Of a DNA stretch of 63,924 nt, positions 1-13,688 are shown piece by piece. The position numbers and the translations under genes were made by a program. Under the pieces are notes generated by a model. It made no database searches. It saw nothing but the letters and a program-made list of their open reading frames with translations, and had not been told where the DNA came from. The stretch's first letter is position 1; each line of letters starts with the position of its first letter. The stretch lies in the NCBI RefSeq assembly GCF_001194135.2, contig NC_068985.1, positions 57,084,866 through 57,148,789 on the forward strand. Reading direction: 5' to 3'. Source of the stretch: Octopus bimaculoides (lineage: Eukaryota).

Positions 1-1951
<1,951 letters not shown>

Positions 1952-4310
1952 TACACACACACACACACATATATATATGTATATATATGTATNNNNNNNN
2001 NNNNNNNNNNNNNNNNNNNNNNNNNNNNNNNNNNNNNNNNNNNNNNNNNNNNNNNNNNNNNNNNNNNNNNNNNNNNNNNNNNNNNNNNNNNNNNNNNNNN
2101 NNNNNNNNNNNNNNNNNNNNNNNNNNNNNNNNNNNNNNNNNNNNNNNNNNNNNNNNNNNNNNNNNNNNNNNNNNNNNNNNNNNNNNNNNNNNNNNNNNNN
2201 NNNNNNNNNNNNNNNNNNNNNNNNNNNNNNNNNNNNNNNNNNNNNNNNNNNNNNNNNNNNNNNNNNNNNNNNNNNNNNNNNNNNNNNNNNNNNNNNNNNN
2301 NNNNNNNNNNNNNNNNNNNNNNNNNNNNNNNNNNNNNNNNNNNNNNNNNNNNNNNNNNNNNNNNNNNNNNNNNNNNNNNNNNNNNNNNNNNNNNNNNNNN
2401 NNNNNNNNNNNNNNNNNNNNNNNNNNNNNNNNNNNNNNNNNNNNNNNNNNNNNNNNNNNNNNNNNNNNNNNNNNNNNNNNNNNNNNNNNNNNNNNNNNNN
2501 NNNNNNNNNNNNNNNNNNNNNNNNNNNNNNNNNNNNNNNNNNNNNNNNNNNNNNNNNNNNNNNNNNNNNNNNNNNNNNNNNNNNNNNNNNNNNNNNNNNN
2601 NNNNNNNNNNNNNNNNNNNNNNNNNNNNNNNNNNNNNNNNNNNNNNNNNNNNNNNNNNNNNNNNNNNNNNNNNNNNNNNNNNNNNNNNNNNNNNNNNNNN
2701 NNNNNNNNNNNNNNNNNNNNNNNNNNNNNNNNNNNNNNNNNNNNNNNNNNNNNNNNNNNNNNNNNNNNNNNNNNNNNNNNNNNNNNNNNNNNNNNNNNNN
2801 NNNNNNNNNNNNNNNNNNNNNNNNNNNNNNNNNNNNNNNNNNNNNNNNNNNNNNNNNNNNNNNNNNNNNNNNNNNNNNNNNNNNNNNNNNNNNNNNNNNN
2901 NNNNNNNNNNNNNNNNNNNNNNNNNNNNNNNNNNNNNNNNNNNNATATATATATACATATATATATATATATGCCTATACATACAAAATGATTGAAAGAT
3001 AACTTCTGATAAGTTATCTTCTGATAAGATTGGTCACGAATTTAAAAAAAAAATCAGATATATAACGAATCATTTGTAAGTATTAATTCAAACACCGTTA
3101 TAGTATGTCGAACAATGCTAGTCATAAGGATGGCAATAATTGAATTTCTTACTTCAGGGTGTTCTGTCACTTAGAAACCGGTGATCAAACAGTAATATCT
3201 CTAATTTAAAAAAAAAAGATTATTTATTATTTGAAATCGCAATCTGTAATAATTACAGTTTGAATATTCAATATTTAATTACATGTACACATACATATTT
3301 CATTTCAGTGTTTAGATTTCCTCATAATTTGTAATAATATGCAACGTCAAAAGTGGATGCATATTTCCTATACTTGAGTGTTCTTAAAATATTGAACAAT
3401 CTACGCTTAGATTATACAATGGTTAAACGTTATACATGTTTGTTAGTTTGTATAGTGTATTTTAAGTACACATGCATAAATANNNNNNNNNNNNNNNNNN
3501 NNNNNNNNNNNNNNNNNNNNNNNNNNNNNNNNNNNNNNNNNNNNNNNNNNNNNNNNNNNNNNNNNNNNNNNNNNNNNNNNNNNNNNNNNNNNNNNNNNNN
3601 NNNNNNNNNNNNNNNNNNNNNNNNNNNNNNNNNNNNNNNNNNNNNNNNNNNNNNNNNNNNNNNNNNNNNNNNNNNNNNNNNNNNNNNNNNNNNNNNNNNN
3701 NNNNNNNNNNNNNNNNNNNNNNNNNNNNNNNNNNNNNNNNNNNNNNNNNNNNNNNNNNNNNNNNNNNNNNNNNNNNNNNNNNNNNNNNNNNNNNNNNNNN
3801 NNNNNNNNNNNNNNNNNNNNTGTCTGTGTGTGTGTGTGTATACACGTACATCAGAGTTATTGAATATATATTTGTAGTCGCAGGAATGGCTCTGTAATTA
3901 AAAAGATCTCTTTACAATCCCGAGGTTTCAGTCCTGACATACACGAAGGTTGCGTCAAAAGTAGTGCAAAAGGTAAAGTGAGCATAAGTATTTTTTTTTC
4001 AATGACTCATGCTCTTGTTGGTAGAGTAACTTAATTTGTATAAGAAATATTCTTTCTGTTCTTCAATGCAGGCACACGCTGTGTCAAACGTGAGGCAGCT
4101 ATATTGTTTTGAGATATGTTTTTGTCCAATATGGTAGCTTGTGATGTTTTGATACCTTCTTGCATTAAATTAGATGCTAGATCGTTTTGGTATAATGGTT
4201 ATCACGGTCAATCTGTAATTTGTAGATTCGTGGTTGAATTTGAGTTAGCACTGTTATCCATTGTTTTACAAGTTTTATATTGTCGTTGTACCTAAATATC
4301 AACGTACAAT

Positions 4311-4380
4311 ACATACATACATACATACATACATACATACATACATACATACATACATGCATGCATACATACATACATAC
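4311..4380. repeat. (TACA)n microsatellite
   Basis: Tetranucleotide run. Confidence 0.95.
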
Positions 4381-4435
4381 ATATTTACACGCACCGGCTG
4401 TCTGTCTGTCTCTCTCACATACACACACATAAATG

Positions 4436-5130
4436 TACAGGGTAACCCAAGACATGTATACTCATTTTAACAGCTGATAGCTCACTTAAATTTCATTGTT
4501 GTTTTTAAGTTTAACACGTTAGAAATTATGGAGAAAGTAAACTTTCGAAAATTAAACTTTGAAGAAAAGAAATTATTCCCAAATTGCTACTACACATTTT
4601 GAATCATAAGTGCAAAGACGATATTAGAATGAATTTCAATGGGATCTGGCAACGCAACTTAGCATCGCTTGAATAAGGTTGAAGTTGATGGAATTATCCA
4701 GAGTGTCCACAAAAGATATTCCAGAAGACAGTGGACATCGATTAGATCCACAAACAAAGAATGGCTACTGGAAAAATATTGCCAGAATTCAAGAAAATGT
4801 GTGCAGCAAATGAGTTGTGATATAAGAATGCCAAAATCAAAAGTCTGTCACATTTTTAAGTGGTATTGGAAAAGTCACATGCCAGGCATATTTCATGCTC
4901 TCGATGAAAATGATCCAAAATTGAGAGTGGAATTTTGAAAGTGGTACTTGGCAATATGTGGCGATATTTGTACAATATCAGCACATATTCCAATAAAGAT
5001 TGTTTAGAATGGTGATACTACATTTAAATTAAATGGTTGAATTAATTGTCAAAATTGCATCTACTGTGGACCCGAGAATCAAAAAATTTACATCCAAAAG
5101 GAATAACTTGACCATTCATTTTTGGTGTTG
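4436..5130 (+). mobile_element. Tc1/mariner-superfamily transposon fragment (TACAGGG-type end)
   Basis: Starts TACAGGGTAACCC. Degenerate transposase motifs HALDENDPKLRVEF and FKLNG*INCQNCIY match LHEDDPDRRLEFC and FHLNGxVNRHNCRYW of Tc1/mariner-like transposases. Confidence 0.6.
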
Positions 5131-6109
5131 GCTCGTTTCAATTACTTGAACTTGCAGCAACGATCTGACAAACGATCAGTAATTAGCAGTGTAAGGGACT
5201 ACCTGATCGATTGAACTAAGGGGTTCTGTAGAATCGGCTCCGCGTTCACTCCATTTCACAGCTCTCATCGTACACTTCTCGGGTTACATACTTCTACATA
5301 TCTCTTATACCCTTTTCCCCCTCTTTATACGATGTAAATTATGATAAAAAAAATTAACAAATCAACATTTATATCGAGTTTTAGCGTAGAATATTTTTTT
5401 CACGGCAGTTGTTGACGAGTCACGATTCCATAACTTTAATCTCGGATTAACATGGAAGATTTAATCGAAACAAAAAAGACAATACAGAGTTGTTAAAGAA
5501 TCTATAAATTTATGCAACAAATCAGATATCAGAACGTTTGTAAAACATACAATTTCCACGTGATGTGCTCATATGTAATTACGACACAACAAACAGTCAC
5601 CTTGTTATAGTTGTTACTGATATTTAACATACCAACTAGAACACAATATTATATATATATATTGTATAAAATATATATTCTAATACTCTAACTAAACAAA
5701 AGGACTTTAATATTAATAATTACTGGAGAGGAAACTGCATGCAAGTTCTTGCATGTCAAAAGAAACAAAAAAAAAAAGAAAAGAAAATCTACCGGGAAGA
5801 TATATAATTGATCATAGAATTGCGAGTATATCAGAATATTTCCAATGTGAATCTATGATTATCAATAATGGATGGAAAAGGATCAGAAAACATCTATACA
5901 CGTTGTCTATTTTATCTCAATTCATCATTTTAATTACAGCCTATAAATGTATATGTCAGCTGAGAGAAATGGTACGATTTATCATTGCAATTATGAGAGG
6001 AAGTATAATTTGTATTACTAAGATAATACAAAAGCATATCATATCTAAAGCAAAATGTAAGCATTCACTAGCTGTTTGATGTCATGCATGCGTATTTTTA
6101 TGTTTGTAT

Positions 6110-6111
<2 letters not shown>

Positions 6112-6169
<58 letters not shown>
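6112..6169. repeat. (CT)n microsatellite running into an assembly gap
   Basis: Dinucleotide run. Confidence 0.95.
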
Positions 6170-7088
6170 NNNNNNNNNNNNNNNNNNNNNNNNNNNNNNN
6201 NNNNNNNNNNNNNNNNNNNNNNNNNNNNNNNNNNNNNNNNNNNNNNNNNNNNNNNNNNNNNNNNNNNNNNNNNNNNNNNNNNNNNNNNNNNNNNNNNNNN
6301 NNNNNNNNNNNNNNNNNNNNNNNNNNNNNNNNNNNNNNNNNNNNNNNNNNNNNNNNNNNNNNNNNNNNNNNNNNNNNNNNNNNNNNNNNNNNNNNNNNNN
6401 NNNNNNNNNNNNNNNNNNNNNNNNNNNNNNNNNNNNNNNNNNNNNNNNNNNNNNNNNNNNNNNNNNNNNNNNNNNNNNNNNNNNNNNNNNNNNNNNNNNN
6501 NNNNNNNNNNNNNNNNNNNNNNNNNNNNNNNNNNNNNNNNNNNNNNNNNNNNNNNNNNNNNNNNNNNNNNNNNNNNNNNNNNNNNNNNNNNNNNNNNNNN
6601 NNNNNNNNNNNNNNNNNNNNNNNNNNNNNNNNNNNNNNNNNNNNNNNNNNNNNNNNNNNNNNNNNNNNNNNNNNNNNNNNNNNNNNNNNNNNNNNNNNNN
6701 NNNNNNNNNNNNNNNNNNNNNNNNNNNNNNNNNNNNNNNNNNNNNNNNNNNNNNNNNNNNNNNNNNNNNNNNNNNNNNNNNNNNNNNNNNNNNNNNNNNN
6801 NNNNNNNNNNNNNNNNNNNNNNNNNNNNNNNNNNNNNNNNNNNNNNNNNNNNNNNNNNNNNNNNNNNNNNNNNNNNNNNNNNNNNNNNNNNNNNNNNNNN
6901 NNNNNNNNNNNNNNNNNNNNNNNNNNNNNNNNNNNNNNNNNNNNNNNNNNNNNNNNNNNNNNNNNNNNNNNNNNNNNNNNNNNNNNNNNNNNNNNNNNNN
7001 NNNNNNNNNNNNNNNNNNNNNNNNNNNNNNNNNNNNNNNNNNNNNNNNNNNNNNNNNNNNNNNNNNNNNNNNNNNNNNNNNNNNNNNN

Positions 7089-7119
<31 letters not shown>

Positions 7120-7907
7120 GATACACATATACAATTAGTGTACATCTAAACACAAAAGAGGTGACCCTTGACATGCAGCCTTGTGTTAATGTATCTATAA
7201 GTATCTCTGCACTGGTGCAATGAAAGAGGTAATAGCTATAAGAATAAAACAAAAAAAAAAATTCAAAGTGTATACACATTTTCTAAAATAATATAACAAA
7301 TAACAAAAATAAACACAAAGTAGACGCTGTTAAAAGTATCAATAAATATCTAAGTCCTTATTTGAGATTCTAAGAAAATTCAATTTTTTCCTAACAGTCT
7401 TCTTGGTATCCAATCTTCACAGTTCAAAAATAGATATTATCCAATTTTGGAATTTCCGTATCTCTGTCCTCATTTTCTAAAACAAGATGCCAACTAGAAT
7501 ACATTAATAGATCCATTTAAATGATGTCACTAGATTAATCTCTTTTATACAATCGCTGTTATTTGCATTAACGTGTCCAATTGAATTGAGCAATTGGCAT
7601 GACACTTTTAATGCAATAAACTTGCCAAGTCTAATTGTGCATTTGTCACATTAAAAGTTCTTAGTGATTGCAATGTTTATCTGAATAAAACTTTTACGGG
7701 AATTGGACAAAACCTCCTTTGTTGCGCAATTATTTCGTACAGGATATGAATCAAGCGTCTCGTTCCTGAAGGAAAATAAGTGTATATTTAGCCGAATGTG
7801 TGCGCGCGTATGTGTGTGTGCATAGACACACACATACATACACACATACACACACACACACAGAAACTCACACATATATATATATATATGTGTATGTATG
7901 TATGTAG

Positions 7908-7942
<35 letters not shown>

Positions 7943-7968
7943 TGTATGTATATATATATATATATATA

Positions 7969-8062
7969 ATCATAAATATACAGGGATTAGCATGAGTTGC
8001 TTCTCCAACATACTGAAAATTTAGAAATAGCAGTCAAAGAACTACTGATTCCAAACTACAAA
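7969..8062 (-). mobile_element. Truncated copy of the 112-bp MITE-like element at 51379-51490
   Basis: Core agcatgagttgcttctccaacatactg...ccaaactaca is the reverse complement of the core at 51399-51470. Only one TIR (atcataaatatacagggatt) is present. Confidence 0.75.
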
Positions 8063-8146
8063 TTTTTTGTCTAACGGATGGCGATATTTATGGCACACAC
8101 AGAACAAAACCGAAGAGAAAACCAAAAACAAACCTGCTTTTAGTTA

Positions 8147-8208
8147 ATTGAGTACGACGTTTCACGGTTAAGAGTATGAAGGTACTCTATTCCGATCTTC
8201 AGCCCAAT
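8147..8208 (-). ncRNA. Minimal type I hammerhead ribozyme (family A)
   Basis: Minus strand: stem I ATTGGG/CTCAAT, CTGAAGA, stem II CGG..AGAGTA/TACTCT..CCG, GAAA, near-palindromic ACGTCGT, GUA cleavage triplet (site 8153/8152). U.U at the base of stem II. Confidence 0.8.
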
Positions 8209-8551
8209 ATTCGAATAAATTTGAAAGTGTCTATACAACTCATGGGAATTTTGACCATGCGACATCAAAAACAATACNNNNNNNNNNNNNNNNNNNNNNN
8301 NNNNNNNNNNNNNNNNNNNNNNNNNNNNNNNNNNNNNNNNNNNNNNNNNNNNNNNNNNNNNNNNNNNNNNNNNNNNNNNNNNNNNNNNNNNNNNNNNNNN
8401 NNNNNNNNNNNNNNNNNNNNNNNNNNNNNNNNNNNNNNNNNNNNNNNNNNNNNNNNNNNNNNNNNNNNNNNNNNNNNNNNNNNNNNNNNNNNNNNNNNNN
8501 NNNNNNNNNNNNNNNNNNNNNNNNNNNNNNNNNNNNNNNNNNNNNNNNNNN

Positions 8552-8780
8552 ATACATTGTTATTTCTTCCTGTGCATGTGAATCTTGTATGTAACCCGGC
8601 TGTAAGGCCTTATTTCCATATACGCCACTTAATTTTATTTGTCCAGTCGAAAGTCATCTGTTGCTATGTCCCGTTATTATTCCAACTGTATTTGTGTAAC
8701 ATTGTTCGTTTTTTCACGTCCTTGTTTTTGCATACATTCGCTGCTTTCTCCCAAGGAATCTAATGCTTTTAGCGTATATA
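8552..8780 (+). mobile_element. Dispersed repeat family X fragment (probably Penelope pLTR-like)
   Basis: Shares gtaaggc...gtcgaaag...ccaaggaatctaatgct motifs with 59420-59600. Confidence 0.5.
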
Positions 8781-8989
8781 CTTGTAAGTTTACGAAGCGT
8801 GGGTGGTGGCAAGGCTGAAGCAGGTGAAAATAGAGAAAACAAGTTAAATGGTAAGGAAAAATATAAAGAAAATTATGTAAATGACAATAAGGAACTAAAC
8901 GGAAGATATATTGTTGGTTTAATGTATAGTGAGGGTAGATACGAGGGAAATTTAATGAAGCTTAGTGGGAAGGCGGGATGGGGTAGTTG

Positions 8990-9410
8990 TTGTTTGTATT
9001 TTGAGAATAGATTTAGTGATCGATGTTTGCATGTAAAAATTATACTGCTACGTTTCAAGACAATCCGTGGATCACAAAATAGCAAAGACCACAGCTATTC
9101 AGAGATCACGCTCGTTATAGCTGCTGTATGGATTGGCGTGGGTTACTATGGACCACTAGGGAGTGTAAGGAGTTGAATCAATCTTTCGTTTGTTGATAAG
9201 CTGAGATAACAATGTATTATTGGATTTTGTTTGGGAATTGAAACTGGAGTAGTGGTTGTTCACTCGAGCTTTTTCCTTCTTTCAATCCTTCTTTCTGTCT
9301 ACATTTATATTCTCCTCTCCTACCGAGCTCTCTACATATTCTGATTGAGTCTTCCATGTGTTAACATGTACCTCCTTGCTGCAATATAAGCTTTCATTTA
9401 ATCAAGATAT
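8990..9410 (-). pseudogene. Penelope-like element ORF C-terminus (GIY-YIG endonuclease and terminal Cys/His motif), decayed
   Basis: Minus strand translates ESLYCSKEVHVNTWKTQSEYVESSVG..KARVNNHYSSFNSQTKSNNTLLSQLINKRK..TPYTP*WSIVTHANPYSSYNERDL*IAVVFAIL, then (shift) CDPRIVLKRSSIIFTCKHRSLNLFSKYK. This follows the typical PLE GIY-YIG C-terminal pattern. Confidence 0.75.
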
Positions 9411-9502
9411 CCTTGGCCTGAAGAGTAGCCTGTGGTATACACCTAGCTTGGATATTTACCACTTCTGATGTTCCGCCCGCTATGAAACATATGTAGCCCG
9501 GG
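9411..9502 (+). ncRNA. Minimal type I hammerhead ribozyme (family B)
   Basis: Stem I CCTTGGC/GCCCGGG, CTGAAGA (9418-9424), stem II GTAGC/GCTAT extended by GTGGTA/TACCAC, GAAA (9484-9487), palindrome ACATATGT, GUA cleavage after 9495. Confidence 0.8.
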
Positions 9503-10003
9503 TCTTATCTACTCCATTCCTTAATCGCACACCCGACAATCATGGTCGCCTATCGTGAAATATAAAATGAACTTTTTTCGGTTTATCGTAATTCGATACG
9601 AAAAGAATCCACAACCTTCCGTTTCAATAAACCACCATTGTTATATTTATATCTTCTAGCTCTGAGGCTATTGGTCTAAGAAAACTTATTTGTATGTCTG
9701 CTTGCTGTAATACCTAAGTTCAATAAAATATAGTACATATGCTTTTAGTTTTACTATAACTTTCATTTAGTTACCTTGTGCTACACATAGGCCAAAGTCT
9801 ATGCGATGTTTGCTTAATTCATAGACTGAAATATTAGAGATTATAGATCAGACGTTTATATGCACCCATGATGCTATTCCAGAAGCAAACAGCTCTATAG
9901 TCGGCATGAAAGTTGACAGTCATTTCTTCTATATACGTTCAAACAATCCAAGTGAATAATTTGCAATATTCGTAGTAGTCTTGGCAGCCTTTTTCAACCC
10001 AGT

Positions 10004-10036
<33 letters not shown>

Positions 10037-10247
10037 NNNNNNNNNNNNNNNNNNNNNNNNNNNNNNNNNNNNNNNNNNNNNNNNNNNNNNNNNNNNNNTA
10101 TATATATTTATTTTCTCTTAGTTAACAATTAAGTCCGACAAAATAAATTGGTTAATAGATACCAGAGTATGAAAGATCACAAAATGACTGTAATGTAACT
10201 CCTGTTTGTGAGGTAGACACTCACTGTTATTTTGGGTATTTGAGTTA

Positions 10248-10475
10248 ATATAAAATTTAATAAATGGAATAATGCCCATATGTTAAATGAATTCTTTAAT
10301 TTCCGACATATGTTTCGAAGATTACAAATGGTGTCTTCCAAAGGAATGAGTGATGTTGATAAAGATGTAATCTTCTCTTCAGGGAAATACATAAGATCCA
10401 ACTTAACCGAAACATATGTCGGAAATAATAGAATTCATTTAACATGCGTATTACTCCATTTATTAAATTTTATAT
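10248..10475. repeat. Inverted repeat (10248-10317 vs 10408-10475) carrying a hammerhead and an inverted hammerhead 3' half
   Basis: The right arm cgaaacatatgtcggaaat...aaattttatat is the reverse complement of the left arm, with a few mismatches. Confidence 0.85.
10299..10388 (-). ncRNA. Intact minimal type I hammerhead ribozyme (family C)
   Basis: Minus strand: ATTTCC, CTGAAGA, GAAGATTACA..TGTAATCTTC (10-bp perfect stem II), GAAA, CATATG, TC, cut, GGAAAT. All core nucleotides are canonical, with a GUC site at 10305/10304. Confidence 0.92.
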
Positions 10476-10537
10476 ATATATATATGTATATTTATACACA
10501 CACACACGCGCGCGCGCGCGCACACACACAAACACAC

Positions 10538-10588
<51 letters not shown>

Positions 10589-10689
10589 GTTAAATTGTTA
10601 ATTCGAATGCAAATAATTCAGTATTTACATCCATTTATTCTCCATTTTGTTCTACTTGTTTTCTCCCTATAGATATAAATATATTCTTT

Positions 10690-11170
10690 GCTGTGTAGAT
10701 AAGTAGCTCACTTCCAAACAATGTAGCCTTGGGCACGTGCCTTTTTTGTGCAGCACCGAATCGGCCAAACATTGCGAATGTATTTGGTGCACAGAAACGG
10801 GCAGAATGAAAAGAAAGAGGTAAACTTTGTTGCAGTTTTAAAGAATTAATACTTCAGTAGATTTGTTTGACTAAACCCTTCAAGGAAGTAACACAGCGAG
10901 GGTTCAGTCAAATGACTAAAATAAGTTAAACAAAAATATAAAGATATGCATATATCTATGCCTTGTGATTTTGTTTGTACCGCAACACCAATTGATAACC
11001 TTTTTGGTTCGTTTAGATCCCCTTAACTTTGGTATTTAGCAAAGATAAGGATAGAATATTATTAGGTTTCTTAAACGATAAAATGTGGGGTGGAATTGTT
11101 TGACTAATACTTTCAAGGCGGTATCTCAGCATAGGTGTGTCCAGTGACTGAAATTAGGAAACGATACATA
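10690..11170 (+). mobile_element. Two degenerate SINE fragments
   Basis: Motifs ccttgggca, cagtcaaatgact and tcaaggcggt..cagcat..gactgaaa resemble the SINE copy at 59850-60066. Confidence 0.5.
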
Positions 11171-11799
11171 CATAGGTACATAAAAACACGCACACACACA
11201 GATACACATATATCCACACAGACACTCATAACAGGTAAATTGAAACGTATTTGAGCACGGAACTATTTCTTGTCATATTTAAACATCATTGTCCTCTATA
11301 AAAATACTTCCCATTGTTACTATTCAGTAATTATACACCAGACAAGCCGTTCACGTTTATCTGTGTTTCGCAAAGTGAGAATTTAAATAAGCAGTTGACA
11401 CGAGATATAGAGTTAGGATGTCCATTATCATGTGAGATTAATGTATTAAATCATCAAACGAAAAGCTTGGAAGAAGATAGTAAATTTGCATCGCATTATT
11501 TCAGGATTTAAAGCAACAGAATTTGTCTTTCTTAAGGAGCTTCGGAAATTCTGCTCTAAGAACTGATTAGAAACACAACCAGTTTTATTAAAGTTATTAT
11601 CAACGTAACAGATAAATAAATACTATAAAACTGTCTTTAGGAAAGCTTTCGTGGATAGATAGATGGGAATTTATTTTTCATTGTTCCTCTTTTTTTCTTT
11701 CGTTTTCTCTACATTTTAATTCTACTATATATTGTTTTCATGGTGATGATGATGGAGATATTGATGATCGACAAATCGTGGTGTTAATAATGATAATGG

Positions 11800-11998
11800 T
11801 GATTATAAAGACGACGACAGTGACGATGAGGGCGACAGCAAGAACGAGTACAACGACGATGACGACAATGATGATACTGCTACTGCTAATGCATAGATGA
11901 GGTAGCGATAGGGATGATGATGATGACCACCACCACCACCACCACCACCACCACCACCAAAACCATCACCAACACCACCACCACCACCACCATCATCG

Positions 11999-12058
<60 letters not shown>

Positions 12059-12060
12059 AC
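11800..12060. repeat. Compound trinucleotide microsatellite (GAC/GAT, CAC, CAT)
   Basis: Successive GAY, CAC and CAT runs. Confidence 0.9.
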
Positions 12061-12539
12061 GCATTATTATGACTATAAATTTTCTTCATTTTATGTCGTT
12101 GAGATGTTACTCATTTCCATTGGACGATATGAATTTATTTTTCTCAAAATATTTAACACCTATCGAACTACTGGGATGATTACTTACCGAGTAAACTGAC
12201 GTACAATGGTTTCGTATCGTGTGCTTATTACTGCTATGCTTTCAGAAACAATTCTCTCATGTTCACTGCACTGACCTACACTTACATTAACGCATTCGAA
12301 ATATCACATTTCTCTATGAATTTCATCGCAATTCTGTCGTGCTTCAAAATCATCCTTTGCTTTAAAAAATGCAACAGATTGGAACATATGGACAAAAATG
12401 TATTCCAGTATGCCAACGGCATCATATTTTCTCCGGCTACATAACTGGATTAATATCATGACATGTCAAACTCAGGTACTCAACTGCAGAATTGTTAGCA
12501 CCTTGGACACAAATTTAGCGGTATTTTTTCCGACTCCTT

Positions 12540-12700
12540 ATGTTCTGAGTTTAAATTCTCCCGAAGTGGACTTCAACTTTCATCCTTTGGTGGTGGATAA
12601 AATATGGACTAGTAAAGCAATCGGGTCTATGTAATAGATAACTTCCATCCAACTTAAATTGCTGTCCTTGTGCCAAAAATTGGAAGCATTAGAGTATGTC
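12540..12700 (+). mobile_element. SINE family 1 fragment
   Basis: ctgagtttaaattc..gacttc..tttcatccttt..gataaa and tgtccttgtgccaaaa match the other family-1 copies in the window. Confidence 0.6.
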
Positions 12701-13029
12701 AAACTAACTAACACTTCATTGCAATGTTTTAGTAGCTGGATGAGTCGCTTATACACTGACCTCGATATAACTAACAGATAACTGAAATCTAATGCAACTC
12801 CATGAGTAAACTCATCCATCTGTTGGTCCATCTATTTCAAAAACACTTTTAACTAAAAAAAATCTCTTATGATTTATACATTCATAGTTTGCAAGTGCGT
12901 TGCGTCTGTATCTGTTGCAGTGTTTTATCTTCTTTCGTTAACAACCTTTCCTCTCGTGGTGTGTTAAAATCCTCCGAGAAATGAATATGACATCAAACTT
13001 CCCGGATCTATAATACTGGATTTAAAATT

Positions 13030-13207
13030 TAGCAGAAGGTTAGTGAGTTCGGAGGAAGGGGCTAGTCGATTATATCCACCACATTGCTCTTAATTTTCGA
13101 TCCCAGAAGATGAAACGCAAAGCCGCCATCGACGGAATTTAAGCTCAGAATGTAAAGATGGACGAAATACCGCTAAGCATTTAGCCGGGTGCGGTGAAGA
13201 TTCTGCC
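13030..13207 (-). mobile_element. SINE family 1 fragment
   Basis: gtcgatta..gatga..ggaattt.agctcagaa..gaaataccgctaagcatt..gattctgcc is shared with 23118-23350 and 46515-46720. Confidence 0.7.
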
Positions 13208-13300
13208 TTCTCAGATCTATAATGTATCCCGGATTTATAATATTGTTATCGATCAAGTTTTACATCTAGCGAATGAAATCAGGACTTTGTGCTTGTTATG

Positions 13301-13688
13301 TGTGGAGGCGCAATGGCCCAGTGCTTAGGGCAGCGGACTCGCAGTCATAGGATCGTGGTTTCGATTCTCAGACCGGGTGTTGTGACTGTTTATTGAGCGA
13401 AAACACCTAAAAGCTCCACGAGGCTCCGGCAGGAGAGGATGGCGAACCCTGCTGTACTCTTCCACCACAACTTTCTCTCACTCTTACTTCCTGTTTCTGT
13501 TGTGCCTGTAATTCAAAGGGTCAGCCTTGTCACACTGTGTCACGCTGAATATCCCCGAGAACTATGTTAAGGGTACACGTGTCTGTGGAGTGCTCAGCCA
13601 CTTGCACGTTAATTTCACGAGTAGGCTGTTCCGTTGATCGGATCAACTGGAACCCTCGACGTAGTAAGCGACGGAGTACCAACAACAA
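13301..13688 (+). mobile_element. Full-length tRNA-derived SINE family 2 with (CAA)n tail and TSD cttgttat
   Basis: A-box TGGCCCAGTGCTTAG and B-box GTTTCGATTC. Direct repeat cttgttat at 13292-13299 and 13689-13696. Highly similar to 31541-31920. Confidence 0.9.

Noticed and set aside
3087-3163. Hammerhead-like fold on the minus strand (7-bp stem I GAACACC/GGTGTTT)
   Set aside because: At least three core changes (CTGAAGT, GACA, no clean NUH register). Possibly a fossil, but not supportable.
3940-4130. Possible mariner 5' end (tacacgaaggttgcgtcaaaagtag)
   Set aside because: Only weak TIR resemblance, with no transposase remnant or second end.
8763-9176. 137-aa plus-strand ORF
   Set aside because: Antisense to the Penelope C-terminus and its pyrimidine-rich 3' region.
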